From the NCBI GenBank assembly GCA_026225235.1, contig JAMFSK010000087.1, forward strand, positions 4,934 through 68,933: a stretch of DNA of 64,000 bases, read 5' to 3'. Position numbers and translations under genes: made by a program. How positions within the stretch are numbered: the stretch's first letter is position 1; every line of letters begins with the position of its first letter. Under the pieces are notes generated by a model. That model was not told the origin of the DNA. It searched no databases and saw only the letters and a program-made list of their open reading frames with translations. Shown in pieces: positions 19,620 to 30,340 of the stretch. The DNA is from Burkholderiales bacterium. Its GTDB lineage: Bacteria; Pseudomonadota; Gammaproteobacteria; Burkholderiales; Burkholderiaceae.

Positions 19620-21071
19620 CTAGAACGGGTAGTGCCGCTCAGTCGTCTGGAGCGTGACCCATCGGAGTTCGCTGAAGGCTTCGATGCCCGCGCGGCCACC
19701 AAAGCGCCCCCAACCGCTTCCCTTCACGCCCCCAAATGGCATTTGTGCTTCGTCGTGAACGGTCGGGCCGTTCACGTGACAGATGCCAGATTCAATTTGC
19801 TTCGCAACACGCAAGCCTCGGGCCGTGTCGCGAGTGAACACCGCCGAAGACAGTCCGAATTCGTTGTCGTTTGCACATGTGATTGCAGCTTCCTCGCCAT
19901 GGACACGCACGATGGCTTTTACCGGGCCAAATGTTTCTTCTGAATAGATGCGCATTTCGCGCGTCACGTGGTCCAGGAGAGTCGCCGGCATCAGCGTATC
20001 CTGCGACTTGCCGCCGCACACGAGCTTTGCGCCTTTGGAAAGCGCATCGTCGATGAGCTCGTTGCACCGATGAACAGTCGACATGTCGACCACGGAGCCG
20101 AGCACCGTGGGTCCCTTTCTCGGGTCTCCCAGCGGAAGAGAGCGCGCTTTCTCGGCGAGCTTTTTGACGAACTCATCTGCGATCTGTTCGTCGACGATGA
20201 TTCGCTCGGTTGACATGCAAATCTGCCCCGAGTTGGCGAATGCGCCAAATGCCGCGCCGCTCACAGCCGCGTCGATATCGGCATCATCGAGAACCAGAAA
20301 TGGAGCCTTGCCGCCCAACTCAAGCACCGACGCCTTAAGGTATTTCGCGCATATCCCCGCAATGATTCGTCCCACATGGGTCGAGCCGGTGAAGTTGACA
20401 CGTTTGACCGATGGATGAGCAATCATCGCTTCCACGATTGCGGGCGCGTCCTGAGGTGCGTTGGTGACGAAGTTGACCACGCCCTGCGGCAAGCCGGCCT
20501 CTTGCAAAGCCTGAACGATGAGCCCATGCGTCGCCGGGCACACTTCGCTGCCTTTGAAAACGACCGTATTGCCGCATGCAAGCGGCACGGCAATCGCCCG
20601 TACGCCAAGGATGACGGGTGCATTCCAGGGGGCGATTCCGACGACCACCCCCGCCGGCTGCCGCAACGCCATGGCAAGGCTGCCGGGCGTGTCAGAGGGA
20701 ATGACTTCCCCGCTTATCTGGGTGGTAAGAGAAGCGGCCTCGAGAAGCATCTGCGCGCCAAGATGCACATTGAAACCCGCCCAGGGCGCCGAGGCTCCCG
20801 TCTCTGCGGCCATGGCCGCTGCAAATTCGGCGCCTCGCGCCTCCAGAGCGTGCGCCGCCTTCATTAACATGGCGCGGCGCTCGCCTGGGCCAAATTGAGA
20901 CCATCCTTTGAAGGCCGCGGCCGCCGCATCGACTGCGGCCTTCGCGTCTTCGACGGCGGCCGCAGGAGCGGTCGTGGCAATGCTCCCATCCAGGGGATTG
21001 GCTCGCGTGAACGTCTTCCCCGAGCGAGCCTGAACCGACTCGCCACCAATCAACATTGAAATTTCACTCAT
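19620..21071 (-). CDS. Aromatic aldehyde dehydrogenase (vanillin/salicylaldehyde dehydrogenase-like)
   Basis: PWNAP, FTGST, LELGGK, GQICMSTER, TVHDEAQMPFGG; 483 aa from MSEISML. Confidence 0.88.
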   Translation of the reverse strand: MSEISMLIGGESVQARSGKTFTRANPLDGSIATTAPAAAVEDAKAAVDAAAAAFKGWSQFGPGERRAMLMKAAHALEARGAEFAAAMAAETGASAPWAGFNVHLGAQMLLEAASLTTQISGEVIPSDTPGSLAMALRQPAGVVVGIAPWNAPVILGVRAIAVPLACGNTVVFKGSEVCPATHGLIVQALQEAGLPQGVVNFVTNAPQDAPAIVEAMIAHPSVKRVNFTGSTHVGRIIAGICAKYLKASVLELGGKAPFLVLDDADIDAAVSGAAFGAFANSGQICMSTERIIVDEQIADEFVKKLAEKARSLPLGDPRKGPTVLGSVVDMSTVHRCNELIDDALSKGAKLVCGGKSQDTLMPATLLDHVTREMRIYSEETFGPVKAIVRVHGEEAAITCANDNEFGLSSAVFTRDTARGLRVAKQIESGICHVNGPTVHDEAQMPFGGVKGSGWGRFGGRAGIEAFSELRWVTLQTTERHYPF

Positions 21072-21199
21072 ATTTTTTGAGCCGGGCACGCTGCAACAGC
21101 AACTCACCCTGGCATTCTCTCCGACGAGTTTTTTTGTTTCCGTCTTCTGGACGGTCAAGATGTTGCAGTGCCAATGGAGCGGCGAGGTTTGCACCCGAG

Positions 21200-21973
21200 T
21201 CAGAAATGATTCGTCCGACAGAGAACATCCGAATACATGCCACCGTCCGTCGGGATATTGGTACCGCGAATCCATGCCGCTTCATCGGAAAGCAGAAAAG
21301 CCACCACAGGTGCAATGTCGCTCGGGCGCCCGGCCCGGTCCATCGTGCGCATGTCCTCCTCGGCGCGTGCACCCAGCGTCTCGATAAAGTCCTTCAGGAT
21401 GGGCGTATCCACGGGGCCAGGGCTGACAGAATTCATGCGAATGCCGCGTGAACGCCACGTCCAACGGTTCTGCATGGTCCAGACAATCAGCGCTTCCTTG
21501 GAAAAGAAATAGCTTCGTGCACCCTCGATACCGTGTACCCGACAGAAATCTTCGACCTCATCGAAATCGAGAGACGCACTCGCATCAATCACCTCCTTCG
21601 AGTCGGGCCATCCCAGCCCCGCCAGCGAAGCCAGATTCACGACCGAGGCATTGTCGGCCAGCTTGGGAATCAGTGACTGCGTCAGATACTTAAGCCCAAT
21701 GAGGTTGACCTTGATCACTTGCTCGGGGGATTTCGTCGGCGGCAATCCGGCGATATTGGCGAGACCGTCGATATCGCCCGGCAAGCCGGAAACCAACTCG
21801 TCGATGGATTCTGGGTCTGAGAGGTCTGCGCGGACAAATCGGCCCACAGGATGGGTCGGGGTCGTGATGTCCACCGATATGACATGGGCTCCCCGAGACG
21901 CGACCAGGGCAGCGGTCGCCGCTCCGATTCCCGAGGCGGCGCCCGTGACGATGATTGTCTTGCCGTCCAGCAT
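21200..21973 (-). CDS. SDR, coniferyl alcohol dehydrogenase (CalA)/3-alpha-HSD-like
   Basis: TGAASGIG, NIAGLP, NLASLAG, YFFSK, SPGPVDTPILKDF. Confidence 0.8.
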   Translation of the reverse strand: MLDGKTIIVTGAASGIGAATAALVASRGAHVISVDITTPTHPVGRFVRADLSDPESIDELVSGLPGDIDGLANIAGLPPTKSPEQVIKVNLIGLKYLTQSLIPKLADNASVVNLASLAGLGWPDSKEVIDASASLDFDEVEDFCRVHGIEGARSYFFSKEALIVWTMQNRWTWRSRGIRMNSVSPGPVDTPILKDFIETLGARAEEDMRTMDRAGRPSDIAPVVAFLLSDEAAWIRGTNIPTDGGMYSDVLCRTNHF

Positions 21974-22016
21974 GTTTGTCTCCGTTTTTTTGTGGAACTT
22001 GACGCGCTATATGAAC

Positions 22017-22031
22017 GCAAGGCCGATGCCA
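22017..22031 (-). promoter_or_regulatory. Sigma54 promoter of the SDR-ALDH-ABC operon
   Basis: Minus strand reads TGGCAT-CGGCC-TTGC, 43 nt before the SDR ATG; divergent enhancer-binding protein gene adjacent. Confidence 0.85.
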
Positions 22032-22115
22032 GCCACGACAAAGAAAAAAAGCCGCACCGAAACAATCGCTTAAGAACGCATCACTCGTAAAAACCCCGAA
22101 TTGAAATATGTGATG

Positions 22116-22149
22116 TTGGTCTAAAATTGATGATAACTTTTTGATCTAA
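22116..22149. promoter_or_regulatory. Candidate XylR-type UAS
   Basis: TTG(G/A)TCTAA direct repeats at 22116 and 22141, about 85-120 bp upstream of the sigma54 site. Confidence 0.4.
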
Positions 22150-22177
22150 CCTGTGGCTGTTTCGAGGGTTTTCCTGC

Positions 22178-23968
22178 ATGAAAAAGACGCCGACCCGGTT
22201 GACGCTGGCTGAACTTCAGCGCCACGCAGGTTTGACTCGCACGTTTGCCGACATCGATGAAGGTGCCGAGCCGACACTTCGTGACCTTACCGAGTCGCTC
22301 GTGTTTTCTCCGGGGGACGGTCGCATCTGGCTCAATGACCAGCGCATGCTACTCTGGCGCGCGTCAACATTCGGCACCTTGCGGCGCGAGTTGATTTCCA
22401 GCACGGGTCAAGAGCAAGCACGTTCGCTGCTCACGCGCGTCGGGTACTCGGCAGGCGCAAGCGACGCCGAGCTGGTCCGCAGAACTTGGCCGGAGAGCGA
22501 CCCGGCCAACGCTTTCCATGCAGGACCTCGCATGCACAAACTCGAAGGGATCGTTCGCCCTGAGACCATCTCATTCGAATTTGACATCGCTCGCGGGGAC
22601 TTCTTCGCCGATTATTGGTGGCACGATTCCAGTGAAGACGATGAGCACATTGCGGCGTTCGGAATTGGGTCAGAGCCTGCGTGCTGGATGCAGGTCGGAT
22701 ACGCAAGCGGCTACGCCAGCGCCTTTATGGGCAAGATGGTCATTTATCGCGAAGTAGCCTGTCGTTCAAGTGGCGCAGAAGTATGCCGAATCGTCGGCCG
22801 GCCCGCCGACCAATGGGACAACCCTGAGCAGGACCTGCATTATTTCGCCCCTGACGCTTCGGCGATGCAGATCCGGAAAAGCTTCGTGGCCAAGCCATCA
22901 GGGACTCATCGAGAACCGGCACGCTCACCGTTGACACAAGATGCGTCATCCATTGCTACGTCTAAGCTAGTGGGTATCTCCTCCAGCTTTAGCGCTGCAC
23001 GCCACCTCTGCGAACGGGTGGCATCGACGCAGGCGACCGTGCTCTTTACCGGTCCTTCGGGAGCCGGGAAGGAATTGTTCGCGCAGACCTTACACTCAAT
23101 CAGCCCAAGGGCAAACGGCCCCTTCGTGGCAGTGAACTGCGCGGCGATTCCCGACACGCTCGTTGAATCTGAATTGTTTGGCGTTGAGAAAGGGGCATTT
23201 ACCGGTGCACTCGTTTCCAGGCCTGGCCGGTTCGAGCGTGCTCAGGGCGGCACCTTGTTTCTCGATGAAATCGCTCAACTCAGCTTCGTGGCACAAGGAA
23301 AATTGCTGCGCGCGCTGCAGGAGCGCCGCATTGAGCGAGTAGGAGGCACGCGCGAAATCGCAGTGGATGTTCGCGTCGTCGCCGCCACGAATCTTGACCT
23401 GAGACATGAGGTTGAGAGGGGAAGATTCCGTGAGGATTTGTTCTTTCGCCTCAACGTTTTTCCAATCAGCTTACCGCCGCTGAAAGAACGTCGAGACGAC
23501 ATTCCGTTGTTGATGGATGTCTTCCTCAGACGCTACGCGGAACAGCATGCGCGGCCCGTTCCAGGATTCACGCCTCGAGCAGTGCAAGCTTTGTTGCAGT
23601 ACGAGTTTCCGGGCAACATACGGGAGTTGCAGAATCTAGTGGAGCGCGGAGTCATCATGGTCGGACCCAATGAGTCCATCGACGTGCATCACATGTTCCG
23701 TGGCGGAGAGGTACATCCGACTTCAATGCTTTCTTTGAACGAAGGTGGGCGACTTGTTCACTCTGTTGTGGGGACGACCGATGTCCCCGCTCGGAAAGGC
23801 ATTCAGCGGAAAGATGAGGCGTCTGGGCCGTCGGTTTCCGGCAAAGAAATCGCAATGTACCGCAACGCGCTCGCTTCGAATCGGTACAACGTAGCTGAGA
23901 CGGCACGGCAACTAAACCTTTCTCGTGCGCAATTAGCCTACCGGCTGAAAAGACATGGTCTTCTGTAA
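22178..23968 (+). CDS. XylR/DmpR-family sigma54 activator (XylR_N-V4R-AAA+-HTH)
   Basis: [50 protein letters not shown]-terminal HTH. Confidence 0.92.
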   Translation: MKKTPTRLTLAELQRHAGLTRTFADIDEGAEPTLRDLTESLVFSPGDGRIWLNDQRMLLWRASTFGTLRRELISSTGQEQARSLLTRVGYSAGASDAELVRRTWPESDPANAFHAGPRMHKLEGIVRPETISFEFDIARGDFFADYWWHDSSEDDEHIAAFGIGSEPACWMQVGYASGYASAFMGKMVIYREVACRSSGAEVCRIVGRPADQWDNPEQDLHYFAPDASAMQIRKSFVAKPSGTHREPARSPLTQDASSIATSKLVGISSSFSAARHLCERVASTQATVLFTGPSGAGKELFAQTLHSISPRANGPFVAVNCAAIPDTLVESELFGVEKGAFTGALVSRPGRFERAQGGTLFLDEIAQLSFVAQGKLLRALQERRIERVGGTREIAVDVRVVAATNLDLRHEVERGRFREDLFFRLNVFPISLPPLKERRDDIPLLMDVFLRRYAEQHARPVPGFTPRAVQALLQYEFPGNIRELQNLVERGVIMVGPNESIDVHHMFRGGEVHPTSMLSLNEGGRLVHSVVGTTDVPARKGIQRKDEASGPSVSGKEIAMYRNALASNRYNVAETARQLNLSRAQLAYRLKRHGLL

Positions 23969-24352
23969 ATTTTAACTGCTAAAGATCGCGTGGAGCTGGC
24001 TCGTCTTCTTTCACGCGTGGCGTTCACCACGCGATTTAAGTCCGAGCCCCAACGTGTGACACCGATGTGAGATTAGTTGGCACCTGGCGAGCAAGGATCG
24101 GGACCAATCCTTGCTGCTGTTCGACGGGAAGGAGAGCGGCTTGCCCGAATCGAGCGCCCGGATATCCGGGCAAAGTTGAATATCCCGGCTGTCTAACTGG
24201 CTTGAATCCGGGATCGCGATAGGCCGTCTCGACGACGAAACCTCACTGTTGCAAGCACCCCAAGCGCGAGAAACGCTCAGTCCGCTCAACCTCTTTGCAA
24301 GATCACCACCGCAAGTCGATTCCCAGCCTGACTCAAACGAGGAAACCCGCCA

Positions 24353-24562
24353 ATGTCCAATCACGTTTACAAGCAAATTGAACTCACCGGCTCGTCAGCA
24401 GCATCGAGTGACGACGCGGTGTCTGTAGCTCTGGCAAGAGCGAACAAAACCTTGCGCAACATTGAATGGTTTGAGATCACAGAAACTCGTGGTCATGTCG
24501 AAAGCGGAAAAGTTGCGCATTGGCAAGTGACGCTAAAAGTCGGCATCCGTCTCGACGAATAG
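24353..24562 (+). CDS. Dodecin (flavin-binding)
   Basis: VYKQIELTGSS...WFEITETRG...WQVTLKVGIRL, 69 aa; GAGG RBS. Confidence 0.92.
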   Translation: MSNHVYKQIELTGSSAASSDDAVSVALARANKTLRNIEWFEITETRGHVESGKVAHWQVTLKVGIRLDE

Positions 24563-24567
24563 TTGCC

Positions 24568-24675
24568 GTAGTCGAGCCGACTCGGACTGAGGAAGCCGAC
24601 TCCATATTTGGTCAATGCGTCGCGTGGTCCCATCGTCTCAGAACAGGCGCTGATCACCGCACTGGAGCGCCGGCA
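24568..24675 (+). pseudogene. Internal fragment of a D-isomer 2-hydroxyacid dehydrogenase
   Basis: LGLRKPTPYLVNASRGPIVSEQALITALERR matches the family motif MKP-x3-LVNxxRGxIVdExAL. Confidence 0.7.
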
Positions 24676-24755
24676 TGGCGCCCGGAGAACGCAGCGAGTG
24701 CGGACCTTAACTGCCCGCACTCGCGACTTTCACCTTTCTATTTTCCATAGAGACG

Positions 24756-24780
24756 AATATCGATTCTCGAAATCGATATT
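24756..24780. promoter_or_regulatory. Perfect 10-bp inverted repeat upstream of metN (candidate operator)
   Basis: AATATCGATT-CTCGA-AATCGATATT. Confidence 0.45.
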
Positions 24781-24945
24781 GGAACTCTCTCCCCCCGCAT
24801 TTCTATACTCGGCGTTCGTAGCCGCTTCGTGTACGGCTGCCGAGTTCAGCCTGCGCGACGGTGCCATCGACCACTACTTCGGCACGCGGCGCGAGCTCGA
24901 CCCACACGGCGTTCCGTCCCGTAGTTGACACCCAGAGGCAACTGC

Positions 24946-25983
24946 ATGATCACCATTAGTGCCTTGTGCAAGCGTTTTGACGCGCCCGGAGGCAAGTCCG
25001 TCGAAGTGCTTCACAATATCGACCTCGAAGTCCCCGATCGCACCATCACTGCGGTCGTAGGGCCAAGCGGTGCAGGCAAGACGACCCTGTCGAAATGTGT
25101 AAGCCTGCTTGAGAAGCCGACCAGTGGATCCGTCCTGGTCAACGGAACAAATCTTTCGGTCCTGACGGGGGCCGACCTTCGCAAAGAGCGCCGTGCGATT
25201 GGGACGATCTTCCAATCGTCCGCCCTACTACGTCGCAAAACCGTCGCCGAAAATGTTGCGCTACCGCTCGACTATCTCGGTGTGGTGCGCGAAGACGTTC
25301 ACAAACGTGTCCACGAACTGCTGGATCATGTCGGCATCGGAGACAAGGCCGACCGCTATCCCGGTGAATTGTCAGGCGGACAGCGGCAGCGAGTGGGCAT
25401 TGCACGCGCACTCGCACTTCAGCCGCAAGTCCTCCTATCCGACGAATCCACATCGGGGCTCGATCCAGAAGTGACCGGATCGATCCTGAGTCTTCTCAAG
25501 ACCTTGCGTGACGAGCTCGGCATTTCGATCATTCTGATTACACATGAGATGGATGTGGTGCGTACCGTGGCGGATCAGGTCGCAGTACTGCGCGCCGGCA
25601 CCATCGTCGAAAGCGGGAGCGTGCGTAATCTGATCGCCGATCCTTATTCACAGATTGGAAGACAGCTGTTGCCTGTCAGGTCCACCCCTGCCCGCGAGCC
25701 CGAAACGCTGCTGTTCGAAGTAACCTACGGCACGCGGCGAGTCGTTCCGGCCGACTGGGTCAGTCTGCTCACCGAGAAGCTTCGCGCTCGCGTCGGCCTG
25801 CTGGGTGGAGTCGTCGAAGATATTGGCGGAGCGTCTTCCGGCCGCCTACATATCAGCGTGACATTCCAGGGGCTCCAACACGAACCGCAAGACATCGCTG
25901 CCTATCTGAACAGCCTTGGACTGCACGCGAAGGCCCTCAACGCGGCACCACGCGCGCAATTCGAAATGGCAGAGACAGCATGA
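24946..25983 (+). CDS. metN: Methionine-type ABC ATPase with C-terminal NIL-like domain
   Basis: GPSGAGKT, ELSGGQRQRVGIARALA, DESTSGLDPE, ITHEMDVV. Confidence 0.85.
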   Translation: MITISALCKRFDAPGGKSVEVLHNIDLEVPDRTITAVVGPSGAGKTTLSKCVSLLEKPTSGSVLVNGTNLSVLTGADLRKERRAIGTIFQSSALLRRKTVAENVALPLDYLGVVREDVHKRVHELLDHVGIGDKADRYPGELSGGQRQRVGIARALALQPQVLLSDESTSGLDPEVTGSILSLLKTLRDELGISIILITHEMDVVRTVADQVAVLRAGTIVESGSVRNLIADPYSQIGRQLLPVRSTPAREPETLLFEVTYGTRRVVPADWVSLLTEKLRARVGLLGGVVEDIGGASSGRLHISVTFQGLQHEPQDIAAYLNSLGLHAKALNAAPRAQFEMAETA

Positions 25984-26678
25984 CGATAACGGCGACCGAT
26001 ACGCTGGTACTCGGCAACGACACGCCTTGGTCCCAGGTGCCTGCCATGTTATTGCCGGCCTATGGCGAGACCTGGATCATGGTCGGCGTCGTGATGGTCT
26101 TGACGATCTTGATTGGGGGCTCGCTGGGTGTGTTGCTTTTCAATACTTCGTCGCGCGGACTCTTTGCACATGCGCGCGTGAATCTGGTGATCAACTGGTT
26201 TGTGAATATGGGGCGCTCACTGCCGTTTCTCGTGCTGATGGCGGCCGTCATTCCGTTCACCAGGATCATTACGGGTACGACCATCGGCATTCCAGCGGCT
26301 GTCGTGCCCATGGTTCTGGCGGGCATCCCGTTCTTTGCCAGACTCACCGAGAACGCATTGCGCGATCTTCCTGAGGAAGTCTCTGCAGTCGGACTCGTGT
26401 CCGGTGGTTCGACAGTGCAGATCGTCTTCTCGGCTCAGATCAATGAAGCACTACCCAGCCTCGTCTCCGCGGTCACGCTCAACATCATTTCGATGATCGA
26501 GTACTCCGCCGTGGCAGGCACAATTGGCGCGGGTGGAATCGGTTATCTCGCCGTGGTGTATGGCTATCAGCGTTTCGATCACAACATCATGATCGCCACC
26601 ATCGTCGTGCTGGTACTGACGATCCAGATCGTCCAGTTCGCCGGCGACCGACTAGCCGCCCTCCTGCGCCGTCCTTGA
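25980..26678 (+). CDS. metI: Methionine-type ABC permease
   Basis: VNMGRSLPFLVLM, GTTIGIPAA, GAGGIGYLAVVYGYQRF. Confidence 0.88.
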   Translation: MTITATDTLVLGNDTPWSQVPAMLLPAYGETWIMVGVVMVLTILIGGSLGVLLFNTSSRGLFAHARVNLVINWFVNMGRSLPFLVLMAAVIPFTRIITGTTIGIPAAVVPMVLAGIPFFARLTENALRDLPEEVSAVGLVSGGSTVQIVFSAQINEALPSLVSAVTLNIISMIEYSAVAGTIGAGGIGYLAVVYGYQRFDHNIMIATIVVLVLTIQIVQFAGDRLAALLRRP

Positions 26679-26729
26679 ACATCGCTCGACTCATCCGATT
26701 TTTTCATCGTCTCATCACAGCAAAACCTC

Positions 26730-27614
26730 ATGTCCAATCCCCAACCGCAATTCAGGCTGAAACAGCGCAGCAAAACCCCGTGGATTATTGGCGTCATCGT
26801 CCTGGTAGCGATCGTGGCCGCCGCGACGCTGCACATTCTTCAACGCTCCCGCCAAACCGCTCAGTTCGGAGATACGCTAAAAGTCCACTACGAACCCGCG
26901 ATGGCCGGTGAGCAAAAGCTGATCGAGTACGTCAGCGAGAAAATTGCACCTGACTACGGCATCAAGCTTGAAGCAATCGGATTACAGGACGGCTCGCAAG
27001 CAGACCGCGCCGTTTCCGAGGGCACCTATGCAGCAACGATCTACCAGCATCAGTGGTGGCTGAAACAGGTTGTCGACGCGAACGGATTCAAACTGACACC
27101 CGCTCAACCCGTATTCCAGTGGGCGTTCGGCCTGTATTCGGATCGGTACCACAACATCAAGGATGTGCCAGACGGCGCGACCGTCGTGGTGCCCAACGAC
27201 GGCGCCAACCAGGGACAGGCGTTGTGGCTACTGCAACGTGCCGGTCTGATCGGGATCAACACGAACGTCGAGCCGCGCGTGGCCAAGCTGCGTGATATCA
27301 GCGACAATCCGCACCACTTCGTGTTCAAGGAGCTTGATCTCCTGTCGATGCCACGTGTACTCGACTCGGCTGACGTTGCGATCGGGTACGTATCGCAGTT
27401 CGATGCGGGCAAGATTCCACGCAGCAAGGGCATTCTGTTCCCGCCAGCACCGCGCACCTTCGCTTCGCAGCTTGTGATTGGCACGAAGTATCTCAACGAT
27501 CCACAGATCGTCAAGCTGCAGAAAGCCTTTGCCGATCCCCGCGTTGCCAAATATCTGCAATCGACGGACGACCCTCTGATTCGCGATGTGCTCACGCCGG
27601 TGTCCTCAACCTGA
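26730..27614 (+). CDS. metQ: MetQ/NlpA-family substrate-binding protein (TM-anchored, no lipobox)
   Basis: YQHQWWL, VPNDGANQGQALWLLQRAGLI, DNPHHFVFKEL. Confidence 0.82.
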   Translation: MSNPQPQFRLKQRSKTPWIIGVIVLVAIVAAATLHILQRSRQTAQFGDTLKVHYEPAMAGEQKLIEYVSEKIAPDYGIKLEAIGLQDGSQADRAVSEGTYAATIYQHQWWLKQVVDANGFKLTPAQPVFQWAFGLYSDRYHNIKDVPDGATVVVPNDGANQGQALWLLQRAGLIGINTNVEPRVAKLRDISDNPHHFVFKELDLLSMPRVLDSADVAIGYVSQFDAGKIPRSKGILFPPAPRTFASQLVIGTKYLNDPQIVKLQKAFADPRVAKYLQSTDDPLIRDVLTPVSST

Positions 27615-27811
27615 GCGTTCGTGTACTGGATGGTTCCAGCGGGGCAAGTCCCACGTAGTCGTCGCGATGCCACCAGAAAAACGCTTCGGTGTACTCGATC
27701 GCCTTGCTGTAGTCGAGCGAGCCAAGCGCGGTTGTAGCAAGCTCGACAGGCTTCACAAGACCCGACTCGAGCAAGTTCGACATCTACGACACGCTAGCGT
27801 TGTGAGCCGTT

Positions 27812-28723
27812 CTATCTCGCCAGCACGGGCAGCTGAAGGTAAGACGCACGGTCGCCGCCTGTGTGGACGATGTGGCTTCCGCTGTTAGCAGGCGTGTACT
27901 CGCGGATCCCAGGCACCAGTGTGCCCAGGAGGCTTCGGCCGCTGATGACGAGGCGCAGCTGTTCCCCAGGGTAGAAGGCGAGTCCGATCGAGAGCAAGTG
28001 TATCTCGAGGTGCACAACTTCCCCCGCAGAGCGCTTCTCGATCTGGTCAAAAGTGTGAGCGGGCACGGCATCCGTCGCCAGGGCCGGGTCAAGACGTCGT
28101 AGCGAGGAGAGCAAGCGTCCGTCGGACCCCGTGTAGCGGAGGATCGAGGCCCCGCGTTCGGCAATGTCGTGCACGAGTGCGCCTTGGTTGGGCACGGGGA
28201 ACTGCCGCAGGGAGGTGCCGTAGGCGTCGATATTCTGTACGAGGATGAATAAGTCCATGTCGTCGGATCCCCGTGCCTCGACCCAGAGGTGCGCCTTTGG
28301 GTAGCCGACGAGCGTAGTTTCGTGCTCGAATCGCACAACGAAGGACACTACGTCCAGATTGGATCCGACCTCGTAGACGGCCGAGGCTCCCTCCGTCGGC
28401 GCGAGCGCGCCTAACGTGCGCGACCGGCTATCCAGATAGTACTTTGTCAAGGCGACGCTTTTTGGAGGGAGCTCGTCGGCTGCGACGGCGAGCCGGTCCC
28501 CGCCTCGCAAGTCATGCACTGCGTAGCGGACTCGAGGCGTCTGCTCCCATCCGTGGTCTTCATCCTTCAGGAAATGATCGAAGAACCGACGCAGGTCCTC
28601 TCTGTTCGCTTCGTCGTAATAGTCAGGCCATTCCTGGCTGTTGTGGATTCGCAGCCACTTCTGCTTGGAGACTATTCGGTACCCCGCGCGGAATGTCCCC
28701 GCAGTGTGCAGGGTGTTCGAGTG
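27812..28723 (-). pseudogene. 5'-truncated CocE/NonD-family hydrolase (C-terminal half with PepX_C domain)
   Basis: Frame open from 28723: SNTLHTAGTFR...KWLRIHNSQEWPDYY...FFDHFLK...LVGYPKAHLWVE...DMDLF...HTGGDRASYLQLP; catalytic N-terminal half absent. Confidence 0.85.
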
Positions 28724-28935
28724 TCAGAAATGAAGGGCTGCATAGCTCTAATTATCAAGCCCTTCATATCCGATCCATGCCGAAAGGTTTTCCAAATCAT
28801 CACCCAACATGTCAAGGCGTGGTGTAGGCAGCGGCTTGCCTAGCAAGGTAGGCCGGACAGCGCGTACTGACGCATATGGTCGATCGCCCGACCAACGACC
28901 CAACGAGCCAGTTCGGACTTTGACGGCGTAGCGTT

Positions 28936-30075
28936 TTAACCGCCCGCCCCGATCACCGCCGGCCGACCATTACGCAAACCAATGATTTGCAGTGGCATAA
29001 CGGAATGATTGTGATCGTTCATCGCGTAGGTGCCGCCCAGTAAGGACGGCATCCGGGTGGTCTTCAGCGCCTCTTCGATATCGGCCGGCTTGTCCGATCC
29101 GGCACGGCGTATGGCATCGACGATCAGATAAGTCGCTTCGTAGGCATAGAACGGTAACTGATTCGGTACCAGTCCATATTTGGACTCATAGGCGTGAACA
29201 AAATCCTGCACCCCCGGGGTTTCGATGGCCGGGGAGAACATCGAAACGCTGGTGGCGTTGTCCAGCCCACCCGAGGCAATGAAACCGGGGGATACCGCCT
29301 TGGCGACGGCCGAAAAGTCAATGCGCCCGGTCAACGGCACCTTCCAGCCGGACTTTTCGTAAGCCTGGAAGAACGGCGCGGTGGAAGCATTGAGAATCGG
29401 TACCACATGATCGGGGTTGATCTCCTTGAGCTGTTCCAACACCGGTTCGAGATTCGTGGTGCCGCGCGCCACGGTGATGCTAGTCACGACCTGTATTCCC
29501 ACCTCACCTGCCGCTCGGGAAAAGCTCTGTGAATTCGCGTTATTGAAATAGGCGTCGTCGCTGACGATCGCAACACGCTTCGCGCCCTGCCTTTTCAACC
29601 AGCCCATCATGCCCCGAGCGATATCGAGTTCGGACGGAATGGTCTTGAACACGTATGGGTTTCCTCCCACGCCCGACGCTTCCACGAAATCCTGCAGTGA
29701 CGAGATTTCGATCACGAGCGGTACTTTCTCTTCCTGGACCACCGGCATGATGGCATGCGTAACGGCGGTCAACAGCGCGCCGATCATCACCGACACATGC
29801 TCTTGTTCGATCAACCGATGTACGGCCTTGATGCCGGTCTCGGGATCGGAGGCATTGTCGCCGTAGAACGCCTCGACAGGACGTCCGAGTACGCCGCCAG
29901 CTTCGTTGATGCGTTCAAGCGCCAATTCGATACCGTACTGCTCGGTTTGGCCACGGGCTGCGTCCGGGCCGCTAAGTATCGTCGTCACACCGATGCGCAC
30001 GGGGTTTTCGGCAAGCGCGGGAGTAGCGGCAAGCATTGCCCCGAGCAAGGAGAGCGTGATCTGTGTACGTTTCAT
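28936..30075 (-). CDS. Orphan Liv-type ABC substrate-binding protein
   Basis: Signal peptide ending ALA; RIGVTTILSGP, INEAGGVLGRPVE, AIRRAGS. Confidence 0.88.
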   Translation of the reverse strand: MKRTQITLSLLGAMLAATPALAENPVRIGVTTILSGPDAARGQTEQYGIELALERINEAGGVLGRPVEAFYGDNASDPETGIKAVHRLIEQEHVSVMIGALLTAVTHAIMPVVQEEKVPLVIEISSLQDFVEASGVGGNPYVFKTIPSELDIARGMMGWLKRQGAKRVAIVSDDAYFNNANSQSFSRAAGEVGIQVVTSITVARGTTNLEPVLEQLKEINPDHVVPILNASTAPFFQAYEKSGWKVPLTGRIDFSAVAKAVSPGFIASGGLDNATSVSMFSPAIETPGVQDFVHAYESKYGLVPNQLPFYAYEATYLIVDAIRRAGSDKPADIEEALKTTRMPSLLGGTYAMNDHNHSVMPLQIIGLRNGRPAVIGAGG

Positions 30076-30340
30076 GACTGTCCGGGTAGGGATGGATGCA
30101 TCGAATATAGCTGCTTTAAATGTTTAACGAATGACCGTTCCGTCAGTGCGGCGCCGACACTTGACCTGACATTGATTTGCGCGTTCCGTTGACTGGATCA
30201 ACTCGCAGCGATTGCTGCGAGCGTGTCCAGGCCGCACCCGCTCGACAGCAAAATCCATCGGTTGGTCCAGGCTCTTGATCGTCAACGCAAGATTTCTCTC
30301 AGGTAACACGCGCCACGGCAACGGCGGGTCGGGTCGTTGG

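Noticed and set aside
24780-24945. SAM or SAH riboswitch upstream of metN
   Set aside because: No recognisable consensus of the SAM-I, SAM-II or SAH classes
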